Source: Gammaproteobacteria bacterium (lineage in GTDB: Bacteria > Pseudomonadota > Gammaproteobacteria > UBA4575). Taken from it: a DNA stretch of 64,000 nucleotides. Shown piece after piece: positions 1 through 9,671 of this stretch. The notes beneath the pieces were generated by a model that was given only the letters and a program-made list of their open reading frames with translations, was not told the origin of the DNA and made no database searches. The stretch is taken from the NCBI GenBank assembly GCA_965222615.1, contig CBDCUI010000008.1, positions 416,001-480,000 on the forward strand, given 5' to 3'. The translations under genes and the position numbers were made by a program. Each line of letters starts with the position of its first letter. Positions within the stretch are counted from its first letter, which is position 1.

Positions 1-95
1 CTTGGATGTAGTTTTTCTGGCCACTTTTTTTACCTAGACAGTTGCAATATCGGTATATTTTCGTATACACAATAATTGAGCATACTTGATTATGA

Positions 96-150
96 TTGAC
101 ATATTTTTAGACCTGGTCTAAAGTAACACTAAGTTTAGACTCATTCTAAA
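96..150 (+). promoter_or_regulatory. sigma70 promoter of the rubrerythrin operon with two palindromic operator boxes (Fur-family Irr/PerR-like)
   Basis: TTGACA at 96-101, 17-bp spacer, TAAAGT at 119-124. Boxes TTTAGACCTGGTCTAAA (106-122) and TTTAGACTCATTCTAAA (134-150). Confidence 0.6.
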
Positions 151-210
151 TTATAAAAACCAGTAATTTCACACTGAAATTACCAAACATAATAGCTGGA
201 GGTAGCGATA

Positions 211-630
211 ATGTCTCTAAAAGGCAGCAAAACAGAAGAAAATTTAAAAGCCGCATTTGCGGGCGAGTCCCAGGCCAATCGTCGATATTTATATTTTGCT
301 TCGAAAGCGGATGTCGAAGGTTATAACGATGTATCCGCCGTATTTCGCTCTACTGCAGAAGGTGAAACCGGACACGCGCATGGTCACTTAGAGTACCTGG
401 AAGAGTGTGGAGACCCAGCAACAGGGCTACCGATTGGTTCAACCTCAGATAACCTTAAAGCTGCAATCGCCGGTGAAACGCATGAGTACACGGACATGTA
501 CCCAGGTATGGCTAAAACGGCTCGTGACGAAAATTTTGATGAAGTCGCGGATTGGTTTGAGACTTTAGCAAAAGCCGAACGCTCACACGCCAACCGTTTC
601 CAAAAAGCGCTAGATACACTTGACGGTTAA
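211..630 (+). CDS. rbr: rubrerythrin, short form lacking the rubredoxin domain
   Basis: [33 protein letters not shown] and KAERSHA diiron motifs; GGAGG RBS. Confidence 0.95.
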   Translation: MSLKGSKTEENLKAAFAGESQANRRYLYFASKADVEGYNDVSAVFRSTAEGETGHAHGHLEYLEECGDPATGLPIGSTSDNLKAAIAGETHEYTDMYPGMAKTARDENFDEVADWFETLAKAERSHANRFQKALDTLDG

Positions 631-708
631 TTGATGAATTTGCATTAGTACAAGTCGAACATTTTTCCGACTTGTACAGTGCACTCAACCCAAACTAAAT
701 TTATTTAA

Positions 709-2034
709 ATGAGAGAAGGTAGCTTAGAAGCGCCTACGCGGCACCCTATTGACTGGCAAGATCCAAAGTTCTATGACGAAGAGGATCTGAATGTCGAGTT
801 AGAACGTGTGTACGACATCTGTCACGGGTGTCGTCGTTGTGTAAGTCTATGTAATGCCTTCCCAACTTTGTTTGATTTGGTGGATGAGTCTTCTACAATG
901 GAAGTCGATGGTGTTGCCAAAGAAGATTACATCAAAGTTGTCGACCATTGTTATCTTTGTGATCTTTGTTTTCTAACCAAATGCCCCTACGTGCCACCGC
1001 ATGAATGGAATGTGGATTTCCCACATTTAATGCTGCGCGCCAAGGCAATTAAATACAAAAAGCATGGGGCCACCAAAAGAGACAACATGCTTAGCAATAC
1101 AGATAAGAATGGCAAATTTTTTGGTATTCCCATCGTGGCGCAAACTGTGAATGCGGTTAACAGTAATTCCGTTGCACGCAAGCAAATGCAGAAATCCTTG
1201 GGCATTCACCCTGATGCGTATTTGCCTTCTTATCAAAGTAAATCAGCAAAGAAACAGTTTGGTAATCACCAAACTTCCGTAACTTCTCCAGTTTCTATCG
1301 GCAGTACATCGAGCAAGGTTGCGATCTTTGCAACCTGTTATGGGAATCATAATGAGCCTGAGCTTGTAGGTGATCTTATAAAAATATTTGAGCATAACAA
1401 CATCGCCACTAAACTCATCAAACAAGACAAATGTTGTAGTATGCCAAAACTAGAGTTAGGCGATCTTGAAGCGGTTGCCGTGAACAAGGATCATAATGTC
1501 TCTATCATGCAAGAAGTCATCAATGATGGTTGGGATATAGTCGCACCAATTCCATCTTGTGTATTAATGTTTAAGCAAGAGCTGCCATTGATGTTTCCAA
1601 ACGATGCTGGATTGCAAAAAATACAACAATCGATCTTTGATCCATTTGAATATCTCGCTTTGAGACATAAAGAAGATCAATTACAGACTGATTTTAAAAC
1701 TTCATTGGGGAAAATTTCTTATCACGCGCCTTGCCATTTGCGTGTACAAAACATGGGTAACAAAACTAGAGATATTTTAAATCTGATCCCAGATACTGAA
1801 ATTGAACTCATTGAACGTTGCACAGGTCATGATGGCACCTATGCAGTGAAACAAGAATTTCATGAAGTCTCTATGAAAATTGCACGGCCCGTTGTTAACA
1901 AAATTAAAAAAGCCGAATCTAATTATTTTTCCAGTGATTGTCCATTGGCGGGACATCATTTGGCTAATGGCATGAGAGACAATTCAACACCGACACATCC
2001 AATTACCCTTTTACGAATGGCTTACGGTTTGTGA
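709..2034 (+). CDS. rubrerythrin-associated Fe-S oxidoreductase (GlpC/HdrD-like, CCG domains)
   Basis: CHGCRRCVSLC, CYLCDLC, CCSMP and YHAPCH motifs. Confidence 0.9.
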   Translation: MREGSLEAPTRHPIDWQDPKFYDEEDLNVELERVYDICHGCRRCVSLCNAFPTLFDLVDESSTMEVDGVAKEDYIKVVDHCYLCDLCFLTKCPYVPPHEWNVDFPHLMLRAKAIKYKKHGATKRDNMLSNTDKNGKFFGIPIVAQTVNAVNSNSVARKQMQKSLGIHPDAYLPSYQSKSAKKQFGNHQTSVTSPVSIGSTSSKVAIFATCYGNHNEPELVGDLIKIFEHNNIATKLIKQDKCCSMPKLELGDLEAVAVNKDHNVSIMQEVINDGWDIVAPIPSCVLMFKQELPLMFPNDAGLQKIQQSIFDPFEYLALRHKEDQLQTDFKTSLGKISYHAPCHLRVQNMGNKTRDILNLIPDTEIELIERCTGHDGTYAVKQEFHEVSMKIARPVVNKIKKAESNYFSSDCPLAGHHLANGMRDNSTPTHPITLLRMAYGL

Positions 2035-2618
2035 TGCAGAAACTTACTCGACAAGATTTGCATTCACTTGAAGATTACGACGCCATGCGTGATGAATTCC
2101 GTGCGCAAGTCATGCAGCATAAAAAAAGTAGAATTGTACAAGTAGGTCCTAATATCACTATGCACTTTGAAGATCGATTGATCATGCAGTATCAAATCCA
2201 AGAGATGTTGCGTGCAGAACGTATTTTTGAAAGTGATGGGATTCAAGAAGAGTTAGATGCTTATAATCCATTAATACCTGACGGTAGTAACTGGAAGGTT
2301 ACTTTTATGATTGAATTTCCGGACCCAGAGGAGCGTGCTGTAAAGTTACAAGAATTGATTGGAATTGAAGATGTCACCTGGATTCAAGTCAGTGGCTATG
2401 ACAAAGTGTTTCCAATTTGTGATGAGGACTTACCACGAGAAACTGCTGAAAAAACCTCTTCAGTACATTTTATGCGTTTTGAATTAACTCAAGAGATGAT
2501 TAAAGTATTAAAAGACGGAGCAGCATTAAGTATAGGGATTGATCATCCTAAATATCAGCACTCTATAGATGGATTGCCAGGATCTATTCGCGCAGCTTTG
2601 ATAGCAGATTTAGATTAG
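2034..2618 (+). CDS. DUF3501 family protein
   Basis: QYQIQEMLRAE, ELDAYNPLIP and KTSSVHFMRFEL motifs; overlaps the upstream stop; typical rbr-FeS-DUF3501 order. Confidence 0.88.
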   Translation: MQKLTRQDLHSLEDYDAMRDEFRAQVMQHKKSRIVQVGPNITMHFEDRLIMQYQIQEMLRAERIFESDGIQEELDAYNPLIPDGSNWKVTFMIEFPDPEERAVKLQELIGIEDVTWIQVSGYDKVFPICDEDLPRETAEKTSSVHFMRFELTQEMIKVLKDGAALSIGIDHPKYQHSIDGLPGSIRAALIADLD

Positions 2619-2649
2619 CTCTAGTATTTTCCCCAGAAGTAAACAACTA

Positions 2650-3027
2650 TTATTCAGTAGGTATTTTAGATAGCATAATTTTTGCATTATGCAACCGCTT
2701 ATAGAGGGGCGCACATTGAGGGAGTATTTGATCAGAAAATTCTGCCTGACTTAAATTGTTTTTAATGGCATATTGTTTTACCAGCCCGATATACATCTCA
2801 CATATCGCGATCTCATTTTCATATCGTTTCTCTTTTCTTGAAAGAACTGCCACTTGTTCAAAATATTTTGGAGAAGGCATAAGGCCTGAATCTTCAGCTT
2901 TTTGAATTTCATCCCTGCAATTTTTAACGACACCGTGAATGTCTATGGATGAAGATTGCATCTTTTTTGCAACTGATGAAGAAGTTTTTTCAATTACTTT
3001 TTTGAGAATAGTGTCCAGCTTACTCAT
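2650..3027 (-). CDS. hypothetical protein
   Basis: Open frame between convergent/divergent genes; ATG at 3027 preferred over TTG at 3060. Confidence 0.6.
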   Translation of the reverse strand: MSKLDTILKKVIEKTSSSVAKKMQSSSIDIHGVVKNCRDEIQKAEDSGLMPSPKYFEQVAVLSRKEKRYENEIAICEMYIGLVKQYAIKNNLSQAEFSDQILPQCAPLYKRLHNAKIMLSKIPTE

Positions 3028-3356
3028 GTCATCATGTGTTCCCTTTATGATGTAAGACAAAATTAGAACAAGTAACTATGAGAGCGACAAAATTCTCGAT
3101 AGACGGCTAATAATAATCTCCGAAATGATACTTGCTTAAGAGAAACTATAATTTATTGGCAAACTGTAAAAAAATGTAAACAACAGATTCTGTGTCTAGA
3201 TGCATGTTTTCAGTAACTTAATAAGCTTTTAATAGCAGCTTATGCCTTATTTTCATACTTTTAGGCAAACTAGTCGAAGTAATTACTTGAACCTAATGCC
3301 AATATGCGGCTCTATCAATTAGATCTACATATGCGATTTTAGTTAAGGGGTGATTT

Positions 3357-3866
3357 ATGTCTAAGCAATTTACGTTGATTATTTTTGCAATGCTATCCAT
3401 GTTTGCGTTTAATAATGCGGTAGCAGACCAACATAAAGATAAACATATCGATAAACAACAGCACAAAGAGATGAAAAAGGCCGCTAAAGACGAGCGAAAG
3501 TCACATAAAGATAACAAACATAAGAAAGACCATGATGATGAAGATGATGATCATGATCATGATAGAGATCATCATAAAGATAAAGACATGGATCGAGAGC
3601 ATGACGATGATGATCATAAAAAAGAACATCGCAAAGATAAAAAACATGAAAAACATCATGATAGAGATCATGGCGACGATGACGATGACCATGACGAGGA
3701 TTATGATGACCACGATGTGGATAAGGATAAGCACAGTAATAAAGGCTTAGAAAAACAACGCGAGAAAAAAGCCAATCAAGAGCGCAAAGAGCTAGGTAAA
3801 GGCTCAGAACAAGGTCAGGCCTCAAGGGAAGCGCACAGTAGAAAATGGTGGAAGTTTTGGGAATAG
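3357..3866 (+). CDS. secreted His/Asp/Lys-rich low-complexity protein
   Basis: Signal peptide ending AVA, H/D/K-rich core, C-terminal RKWWKFWE; GGGG RBS. Confidence 0.8.
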   Translation: MSKQFTLIIFAMLSMFAFNNAVADQHKDKHIDKQQHKEMKKAAKDERKSHKDNKHKKDHDDEDDDHDHDRDHHKDKDMDREHDDDDHKKEHRKDKKHEKHHDRDHGDDDDDHDEDYDDHDVDKDKHSNKGLEKQREKKANQERKELGKGSEQGQASREAHSRKWWKFWE

Positions 3867-4026
3867 TAAATTTGTGGGTTTAAACTAAAAACACACCTTA
3901 ATTAGGTCGTTTTTTATTGAGTAAGACAAACTTTATATTATTCTGTGAACTAGCACACTTTTTGCATTGATGCTGTTGCCTATGATATTGGCTTGGTTCT
4001 CAGCATTTTTACTATGGAAGGTTTAG

Positions 4027-4290
4027 ATGAAAAAGGATAAGCGTACAACCAAGGCAAGGCGAAAGTTTTTAAAAGCTGCGGGAAAATTTGCGGTATATAC
4101 CCCTCCGGCGCTCCTGATGATGACTAATGCAAGTGCAAAGGGATTTGTAAACTCAATGGGTAAATGTAATCAGGGTGTAGGTGCTCCTGTTGTCAATGAT
4201 GGATGTCAACCTGGCCATTCAGGGGATGTACTCAATAATGACGATTTTCCAGGTGCCGGTGCAGGTAACCCCGGCGCGCGTAACAAGTAA
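4027..4290 (+). CDS. small protein with a twin-arginine-like leader and Gly/Asn/Pro-rich C-terminus
   Basis: RRKFLK...AVYTPPALLMM...ASA leader, two Cys, GGAAGG RBS, followed by a hairpin. Confidence 0.7.
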   Translation: MKKDKRTTKARRKFLKAAGKFAVYTPPALLMMTNASAKGFVNSMGKCNQGVGAPVVNDGCQPGHSGDVLNNDDFPGAGAGNPGARNK

Positions 4291-4305
4291 TTGACTTAAA
4301 AATTA

Positions 4306-4340
4306 ATGCGCTATCTATTCAGCAGAAATAGTTGGCGCAT
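4306..4340. terminator. hairpin between convergent genes, probable terminator
   Basis: atgcgctatctatt ... aatagttggcgcat inverted repeat. Confidence 0.5.
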
Positions 4341-4389
4341 AGTTGTTCTTTCCTAAAATAAAAAAATATAAAGCTTTTTATTCGCTAGA

Positions 4390-5238
4390 TTATTCAGATT
4401 TAGGTGCATGTTTTGGCAGTGCATCAAATTCAATTTGCTCTTTTCCATTGTAAACAAGAAAGGCTTTGCCTTTGGCGCGAGCAACCATAACGATGCCTAG
4501 GTCACGTGCAAGTTCGAGGCCCATATTGGTAACGCCAGAACGCGATAGTAAAACTGGGATGCCCATACTGGCGGATTTCATGACCATCTCTGATGTTAAA
4601 CGCCCCGTAGTGTAAAAAATTTTATCATCACCTTGTTGGTGTTCTAACCACATCCAACCGGATATGGCATCGGCAGCATTGTGTCGACCTACGTCTTCTA
4701 CAAATTTTAAAATCTCAGTGTCTTTGCACAGTGCGCAGCCGTGTACTGCACCGGCTTTTTTATAAATTTCGTTATATTTTGTGATTGCAGCAAGTAATTC
4801 ATAAATTTTAGATTGTTTAAGTGAAACTCTAGGTAGTTTTGCGTCATAGAGTTTATCGATCGTACAGCTAAATACTGTACCTTGGCCACAACCTGAGGTA
4901 ACTGTACGTTTGCTTAATTTTTCTTCCCAGTCAGTAATTTCTTTGCCGGGCAAAAGTTTTACATTTACAAGCTCTTTGTCCCAATTGACATTTACCGATT
5001 CAATATCCGTAATTTCTTCTAGCAAGCGTTGATTGCGCAAGTAACCGAGCGCAAGCTCTTCTGGATGCGTGCCTAAAGTCATTAAAGTGACAATTTCTCG
5101 ATCGTTTACTTTTAATGTTAAAGGTGACTCGCCAGCTATGTGCACTTCTTTTTTGTCACCAAACTGATTGATTGCAGTTACTGCATGGGTAGGTGCTAAT
5201 CCTTCACGTGACATATGCGGGCGATAGGCTTTATCCAT
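4390..5238 (-). CDS. fdhD: formate dehydrogenase accessory sulfurtransferase FdhD
   Basis: TSGCGQG, GAVHGCAL, EDVGRHNAAD and TTGRLTSEMV motifs; start at 5238 avoids overlap with radA. Confidence 0.92.
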   Translation of the reverse strand: MDKAYRPHMSREGLAPTHAVTAINQFGDKKEVHIAGESPLTLKVNDREIVTLMTLGTHPEELALGYLRNQRLLEEITDIESVNVNWDKELVNVKLLPGKEITDWEEKLSKRTVTSGCGQGTVFSCTIDKLYDAKLPRVSLKQSKIYELLAAITKYNEIYKKAGAVHGCALCKDTEILKFVEDVGRHNAADAISGWMWLEHQQGDDKIFYTTGRLTSEMVMKSASMGIPVLLSRSGVTNMGLELARDLGIVMVARAKGKAFLVYNGKEQIEFDALPKHAPKSE

Positions 5239-5254
5239 ACTTACGTATCTATTC

Positions 5255-6607
5255 TTAAAGGGCTTGTTCGAGAGCTTGGGCAAGTTTATCTACAGCGATA
5301 ATTTCAAGATCAGGAATTTTTTCTTTAGGTTTGTTTGCACTTGGAATAATCGCTTTTTTAAAACCATGTTCTTTGGCTTCTTTCAATCTGGCTAATCCGT
5401 TATAGACGGGGCGAATTTCTCCAGTTAAGCCCACTTCACCGAATATGACTAATTTTCGGTCGAGTGCTTGATCTCTGAAACTGGAATAAGCAGCCAAGAG
5501 TACAGCTAAATCTGCACCTGTTTCTTTTAATTGTACACCGCCTACAATATTTACAAATACATCTTTATCATAAATCGCGATACCGCCATGTCGGTGTAAG
5601 ATTGCTAGCAACATAGTCAAACGATTTTGTTCAATGCCCAGTGACACACGCCGCGCATGTCCAGTGGGGTTATCGTCAACCAATGTTTGAACTTCAAGTA
5701 ATAGAGGGCGCGTTGCTTCACAAGTAACTGTAATAACGCTGCCTGGGGTATGTTCACTACGTTGCGCTAAAAAAATGGCAGATGGATTTTTAACTCCTTT
5801 GAGACCAGTATCTTGCATGGCAAATACACCCAGCTCGTTCACTGCACCAAATCGATTTTTCACAGCGCGTAACACACGATAGCGTCCACCTTCATCACCT
5901 TCAAAATACAAAACCGTGTCGACAACGTGTTCTAAAACTCTTGGTCCTGCTATAGAGCCATCTTTGGTGACATGACCAACCACAAACACAGTGGTATTCG
6001 TCTGTTTGGCAAATTGGGTAATTTGACTGGCACACTCGCGTACTTGTGAAACCGAACCAGCTGCCGAAGGTGTTTTTTCTGAGGATAAAGTTTGAATCGA
6101 GTCAATCACTATAATGTTTGGTCGTTCACGCATGGCATTCGCTAGGATTTCTTCTAAATTATTAGATGCAATAACGCGTAACTTAGATTCTTTATAACCA
6201 AGACGTTCTGCGCGTAAGGCAACTTGTTGTAAAGATTCTTCACCGGTGACATACAAGGCGCGTTCGCGGTCGAGTGAGCTCAATACTTGCAATAGTAAAG
6301 TTGATTTTCCAATACCTGGATTGCCTCCAACTAGAATCACTGATCCAGAGACAATGCCGCCTCCTAGTACACGGTCTAACTCAGCAAGAGGAGTTTTAAT
6401 ACGGTCGTGAGTTTCACAAGTGATCTCACTAATGGTCTGTACTTCATTAATATCACCGGCTAATGCAAACGAACTGGTTTTTTGTTTTTGAAAAACGGCG
6501 GCTTGTTTTTCAATAGAATTCCATGCACCACAATCAGGACATTGCCCAACCCATTTGGTGAACAAACCAGAACACTCTGTGCATATAAAACTAAGTTCTT
6601 TCGCCAT
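5255..6607 (-). CDS. radA: DNA repair protein RadA/Sms
   Basis: C4 zinc finger, GNPGIGKST Walker A, KNRFG motif, Lon-like C-terminus. Confidence 0.97.
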   Translation of the reverse strand: MAKELSFICTECSGLFTKWVGQCPDCGAWNSIEKQAAVFQKQKTSSFALAGDINEVQTISEITCETHDRIKTPLAELDRVLGGGIVSGSVILVGGNPGIGKSTLLLQVLSSLDRERALYVTGEESLQQVALRAERLGYKESKLRVIASNNLEEILANAMRERPNIIVIDSIQTLSSEKTPSAAGSVSQVRECASQITQFAKQTNTTVFVVGHVTKDGSIAGPRVLEHVVDTVLYFEGDEGGRYRVLRAVKNRFGAVNELGVFAMQDTGLKGVKNPSAIFLAQRSEHTPGSVITVTCEATRPLLLEVQTLVDDNPTGHARRVSLGIEQNRLTMLLAILHRHGGIAIYDKDVFVNIVGGVQLKETGADLAVLLAAYSSFRDQALDRKLVIFGEVGLTGEIRPVYNGLARLKEAKEHGFKKAIIPSANKPKEKIPDLEIIAVDKLAQALEQAL

Positions 6608-6731
6608 ACGAGTATTGTAATCTATTGTTCAAGCTAGTGAATTAGCCCAAGAGTACGGTATGGATAGTCCATGCTATAAAGATGGGTTAATATTTATTGT
6701 CTATTTATCAGCTGGGTATTCGAACCCAGAG

Positions 6732-6970
6732 TCGAGGAACTTTTGTTTCGGCAATAGCGAGTACAAGGAAGTACGAGTGAGAGTTCGCATTATGGATGTT
6801 GCGTTCAATTAAAGTAGCTGCTTCTTCCAAAACCATTTGCGCCGAACATCACGTATTTCCTCGAATGCTCGGTCTTTTCGGTGGCTCACGAACTCACTAC
6901 GCTCAAACATGCGCTCGCCTTTTTCCGAAAAGCCCTTGCGCTTCTCGGCGTGATGTAATGCGCGGATTAA
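6732..6970 (+). repeat. structured intergenic element (REP-like, multi-stem)
   Basis: acatcacg (6846-53) pairs with cgtgatgt (6949-56); cttttcgg (6874-81) pairs with ccgaaaag (6925-32); its tail tgatgtaatgcgcgga recurs at ~32271. Confidence 0.5.
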
Positions 6971-6991
6971 GAGCTGCTATATTTAGACCTT

Positions 6992-7035
6992 AATGACTGT
7001 TAACGACTGCCACCTCAACCGAAAGCAGTCATTCA
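6992..7035. repeat. cassette-type palindrome containing a 17-bp IS30-end-like insert
   Basis: Arms aatgactgtt ... aagcagtcatt; central gactgccacctcaaccg matches 33740-33756 at 15/17. Confidence 0.6.
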
Positions 7036-7072
7036 TGATCGAGGTTCATAAACAAAGCGCCTCTTTAACGAC

Positions 7073-7318
7073 CCCATCCAACTTGATGAGCGACATCGAA
7101 AGTAACGGTAGGTAAAACAGCCAGGGATGGCTGTTTTAGGCGTGTTGTGCCTGGATGGTATCATCATGCCGGCCAACGTTACTCGATGTCGTGAGTGAAC
7201 TCGAAGAGCAAGTTGGTAGGGTGTCTTTTCTTTTGGTTCGTTTTCTTTGGACAAGCAAAGAAAATGAACATATATACCTGAGGGGTGCTAATAAATGAAC
7301 TGAACGTTCACTTCTTGC
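7073..7318 (-). repeat. structured intergenic repeat, copy 1
   Basis: 25-bp (7294-7318) and 52-bp (7219-7270) blocks are exact reverse complements of 18263-18287 and 18311-18362. Confidence 0.85.
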
Positions 7319-7335
7319 AGGGATAAAGAAAGAAA

Positions 7336-8613
7336 CTAAGCGACTTCTTCGTGCTGTGGTAAACGAGGGCTGATACGTACTGTACGTACTGCGTTATTTT
7401 GAATTTGCACAACTTCAATGGGGTAGCCATCAATCAGCACACTAGTGCCAGGCTCTGGAATCGATTCCATATGTTCTAGCACTAAGCCATTTATAGTTTT
7501 AGGACCGTGGTCATGAAGCTCCCAGGCAAGCACTTTATTTATGTCTCGAATATGTGTGCTGCCATCGACTACATACGTGCCATCTTCTTGAGGATGAATT
7601 TCAATGTCATAAGTGGCAGGGTCATTGGTAAATTCACCCACAATTTCTTCAAGTAAGTCTTCTAAGGTAACCAGTCCTTGAATGTCTCCAAACTCATCGA
7701 CGACTAAACTAAAACGACGTTTTTTATTTTGAAACTCGAATAAAAGTTTTTTTAAGTTTGTGCCTTCGGGTATAAAGTAGGGTTCGCGTAAAGCTTGTTC
7801 AAGGTCTTCCAATTCAAGATCTTTATGAACGATGTTTAGCAAAAGTTTTCGTAAATGTAAAAAGCCCACGACATTATCGATGTTGCCACGATACACAGGT
7901 AGTCTTGTGTAAGAAATGTTTTTTAATTGTTTAACTATTTCTTCCCAACTGTCATCTAAGTCGATCCCTACGATTTCATTTTTAGGAATCATGATATCTT
8001 CAACTGTTTCTTTTTCTAAATCTAATACTCCTAACAACATTTTTTGATGTTCGCTGGATATAGATGTGCCTGTGTCATTGACTACGGTACGTAGTTCTTC
8101 ATGTGTAAGTGATGTTAATGGGTTTTCTTTGACATCGACCCCGAAAAGATGTAGCAAGGAATTCGCAAACAAATTAACCGTCCATACAAAAGGATATGCA
8201 AGAGTTAGTAAAGGCGTATAAATAATAGCAGCGGGGAGTGCAAATTTTTCAGAATGTAATGCCGCAAGTGTTTTAGGAGTAAGTTCCGCAAAAATTAGAA
8301 TCGCAAATATTAATATGAAAGTAGCGATAGCAATTCCCACATCACCATGTAAACGATATCCTATATATGCAGAAAGTTGTGCAATTAGAATATTGACAAT
8401 GTTATTGCCAAGTAAAATGAGACCAATTAAACGGTCAGGTTTTTCTAGAAGTTTTTGCGCTTGTTTAGCGCCACGATGACCAGTGCTAACTAAATGACGC
8501 AGGCGGTAACGATTAAGCGCCATTAATGCAGTTTCTGAGCCAGAAAAAAATGCAGAGAGAATAAATAAAATGAACAACACTAAAAATAGTGTGCTTATCG
8601 AATACTCGTCCAA
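7336..8613 (-). CDS. HlyC/CorC (CNNM) family transporter, YfjD-like
   Basis: SAFFSGSETALM, tandem CBS domains, VVDEFGDIQGLVTLEDLLEEIVGE, CorC domain. Confidence 0.93.
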   Translation of the reverse strand: MDEYSISTLFLVLFILFILSAFFSGSETALMALNRYRLRHLVSTGHRGAKQAQKLLEKPDRLIGLILLGNNIVNILIAQLSAYIGYRLHGDVGIAIATFILIFAILIFAELTPKTLAALHSEKFALPAAIIYTPLLTLAYPFVWTVNLFANSLLHLFGVDVKENPLTSLTHEELRTVVNDTGTSISSEHQKMLLGVLDLEKETVEDIMIPKNEIVGIDLDDSWEEIVKQLKNISYTRLPVYRGNIDNVVGFLHLRKLLLNIVHKDLELEDLEQALREPYFIPEGTNLKKLLFEFQNKKRRFSLVVDEFGDIQGLVTLEDLLEEIVGEFTNDPATYDIEIHPQEDGTYVVDGSTHIRDINKVLAWELHDHGPKTINGLVLEHMESIPEPGTSVLIDGYPIEVVQIQNNAVRTVRISPRLPQHEEVA

Positions 8614-8673
8614 GGTCTATGCGACCCTCCAGTAATAAACACACATATATTAACTGCCTTGCGGCGAAAATTG

Positions 8674-9501
8674 TCAAGTGACTGGTATGGTGGTTACCCT
8701 ATGCAGTATTATTTCTTGGACAAACATACTGCCTAAATAGGCCAAAATGAGGAATGTGAAGCCGCCTAGTGTCCAGCGTATTGCCATTCGTCCGCGCCAG
8801 CCAAATTGCCAACGGCCCCATAATAATACCGCGAATAGAACCCATGCCATACAAGATAGGATGGTCTTATGTGCAATATCTTGTTCGAACATGTTTTCTA
8901 AAAACAAAAAACCACTCGCAAGTGCGATACTTAATAAGATGAAACCCACAGTAATAGTTTGGAATAAAAATTTTTCTGTATCATGTAACGGCGGTAACGC
9001 ACGGGTAATTCCACCTATACTATGTTTGCGTAAGTGACGATCTTGAGTAAACAACAAGATAGATTGTAATGCAGAAATCGTTAATACACTGAACGCAAAT
9101 AGCGATGTTACAACATGTATCTGTAAGCCGTGTAAATTTGAAGTGGATGCAATTACTTCTGGCTTAACAATCGTCAATGCGACACCCACTATAACAATAG
9201 GTAAAATAATTAAACCTAAAAACTCTGTTTTTTTACTGATCGACAACAAAAAAATAAGCAGGGAGATGAGAAAGAGAACCATCGAAACTGAATTATAAAA
9301 GGTAAAATTCAAGCCGTGTATTGTGAAGGTTTGTGGATAAAGATGGCTGGCATGCAATAAACATGCAATGGCCCATAGAGCTAGCATTAAGCCACGTTTT
9401 TCAGAAATCCCGCTATCAGTAATTCGATGTGTGCGCCACAATATCAACACGAAAGTCAGGGCATAGAATAGGATGGTGCTGTATTTTATGATGCTTGACA
9501 T
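8674..9501 (-). CDS. cytochrome c assembly family inner-membrane protein (YpjD/CcsA-like)
   Basis: Multiple TM helices, LPPL, HKTILS, GWRGR; usual neighbour of ffh. Confidence 0.88.
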   Translation of the reverse strand: MSSIIKYSTILFYALTFVLILWRTHRITDSGISEKRGLMLALWAIACLLHASHLYPQTFTIHGLNFTFYNSVSMVLFLISLLIFLLSISKKTEFLGLIILPIVIVGVALTIVKPEVIASTSNLHGLQIHVVTSLFAFSVLTISALQSILLFTQDRHLRKHSIGGITRALPPLHDTEKFLFQTITVGFILLSIALASGFLFLENMFEQDIAHKTILSCMAWVLFAVLLWGRWQFGWRGRMAIRWTLGGFTFLILAYLGSMFVQEIILHRVTTIPVT

Positions 9502-9671
9502 TGCCAGAGTGACTTATTTCACTAAATTAAGAGATTTGTGTGATAAGAAATAGCTGAACTGGGTCAATAGTCTGAATCTCATGGCACAATATACAAATTG
9601 AAGTGAGATAGATTAGACATTTCTGCTCATTTTGCAATGATAACATTAATTGATTTTTTATTATTAATTCT

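Noticed and set aside
1-24. Possible minus-strand gene start MARKTTSK (XseB-like)
   Set aside because: Only 8 codons are visible at the window edge, too little to support a call.
211-2618. Rubrerythrin-FeS oxidoreductase-DUF3501 cluster as a novel system
   Set aside because: This is an already described conserved cluster.
3484-3825. Overlapping Met/Ile- and His-rich ORFs (3484..3825, 3501..3734, 3532..3750)
   Set aside because: Shadow frames of the GAT/CAT-rich low-complexity gene 3357..3866, which has the signal peptide and RBS.
6796-7254. ORFs 6796..6993 and 7033..7254, plus 18306..18524 sharing SKENEPKEKTP
   Set aside because: The shared peptide is just the translation of the non-coding 52-bp repeat block; no RBS and no protein similarity beyond it.
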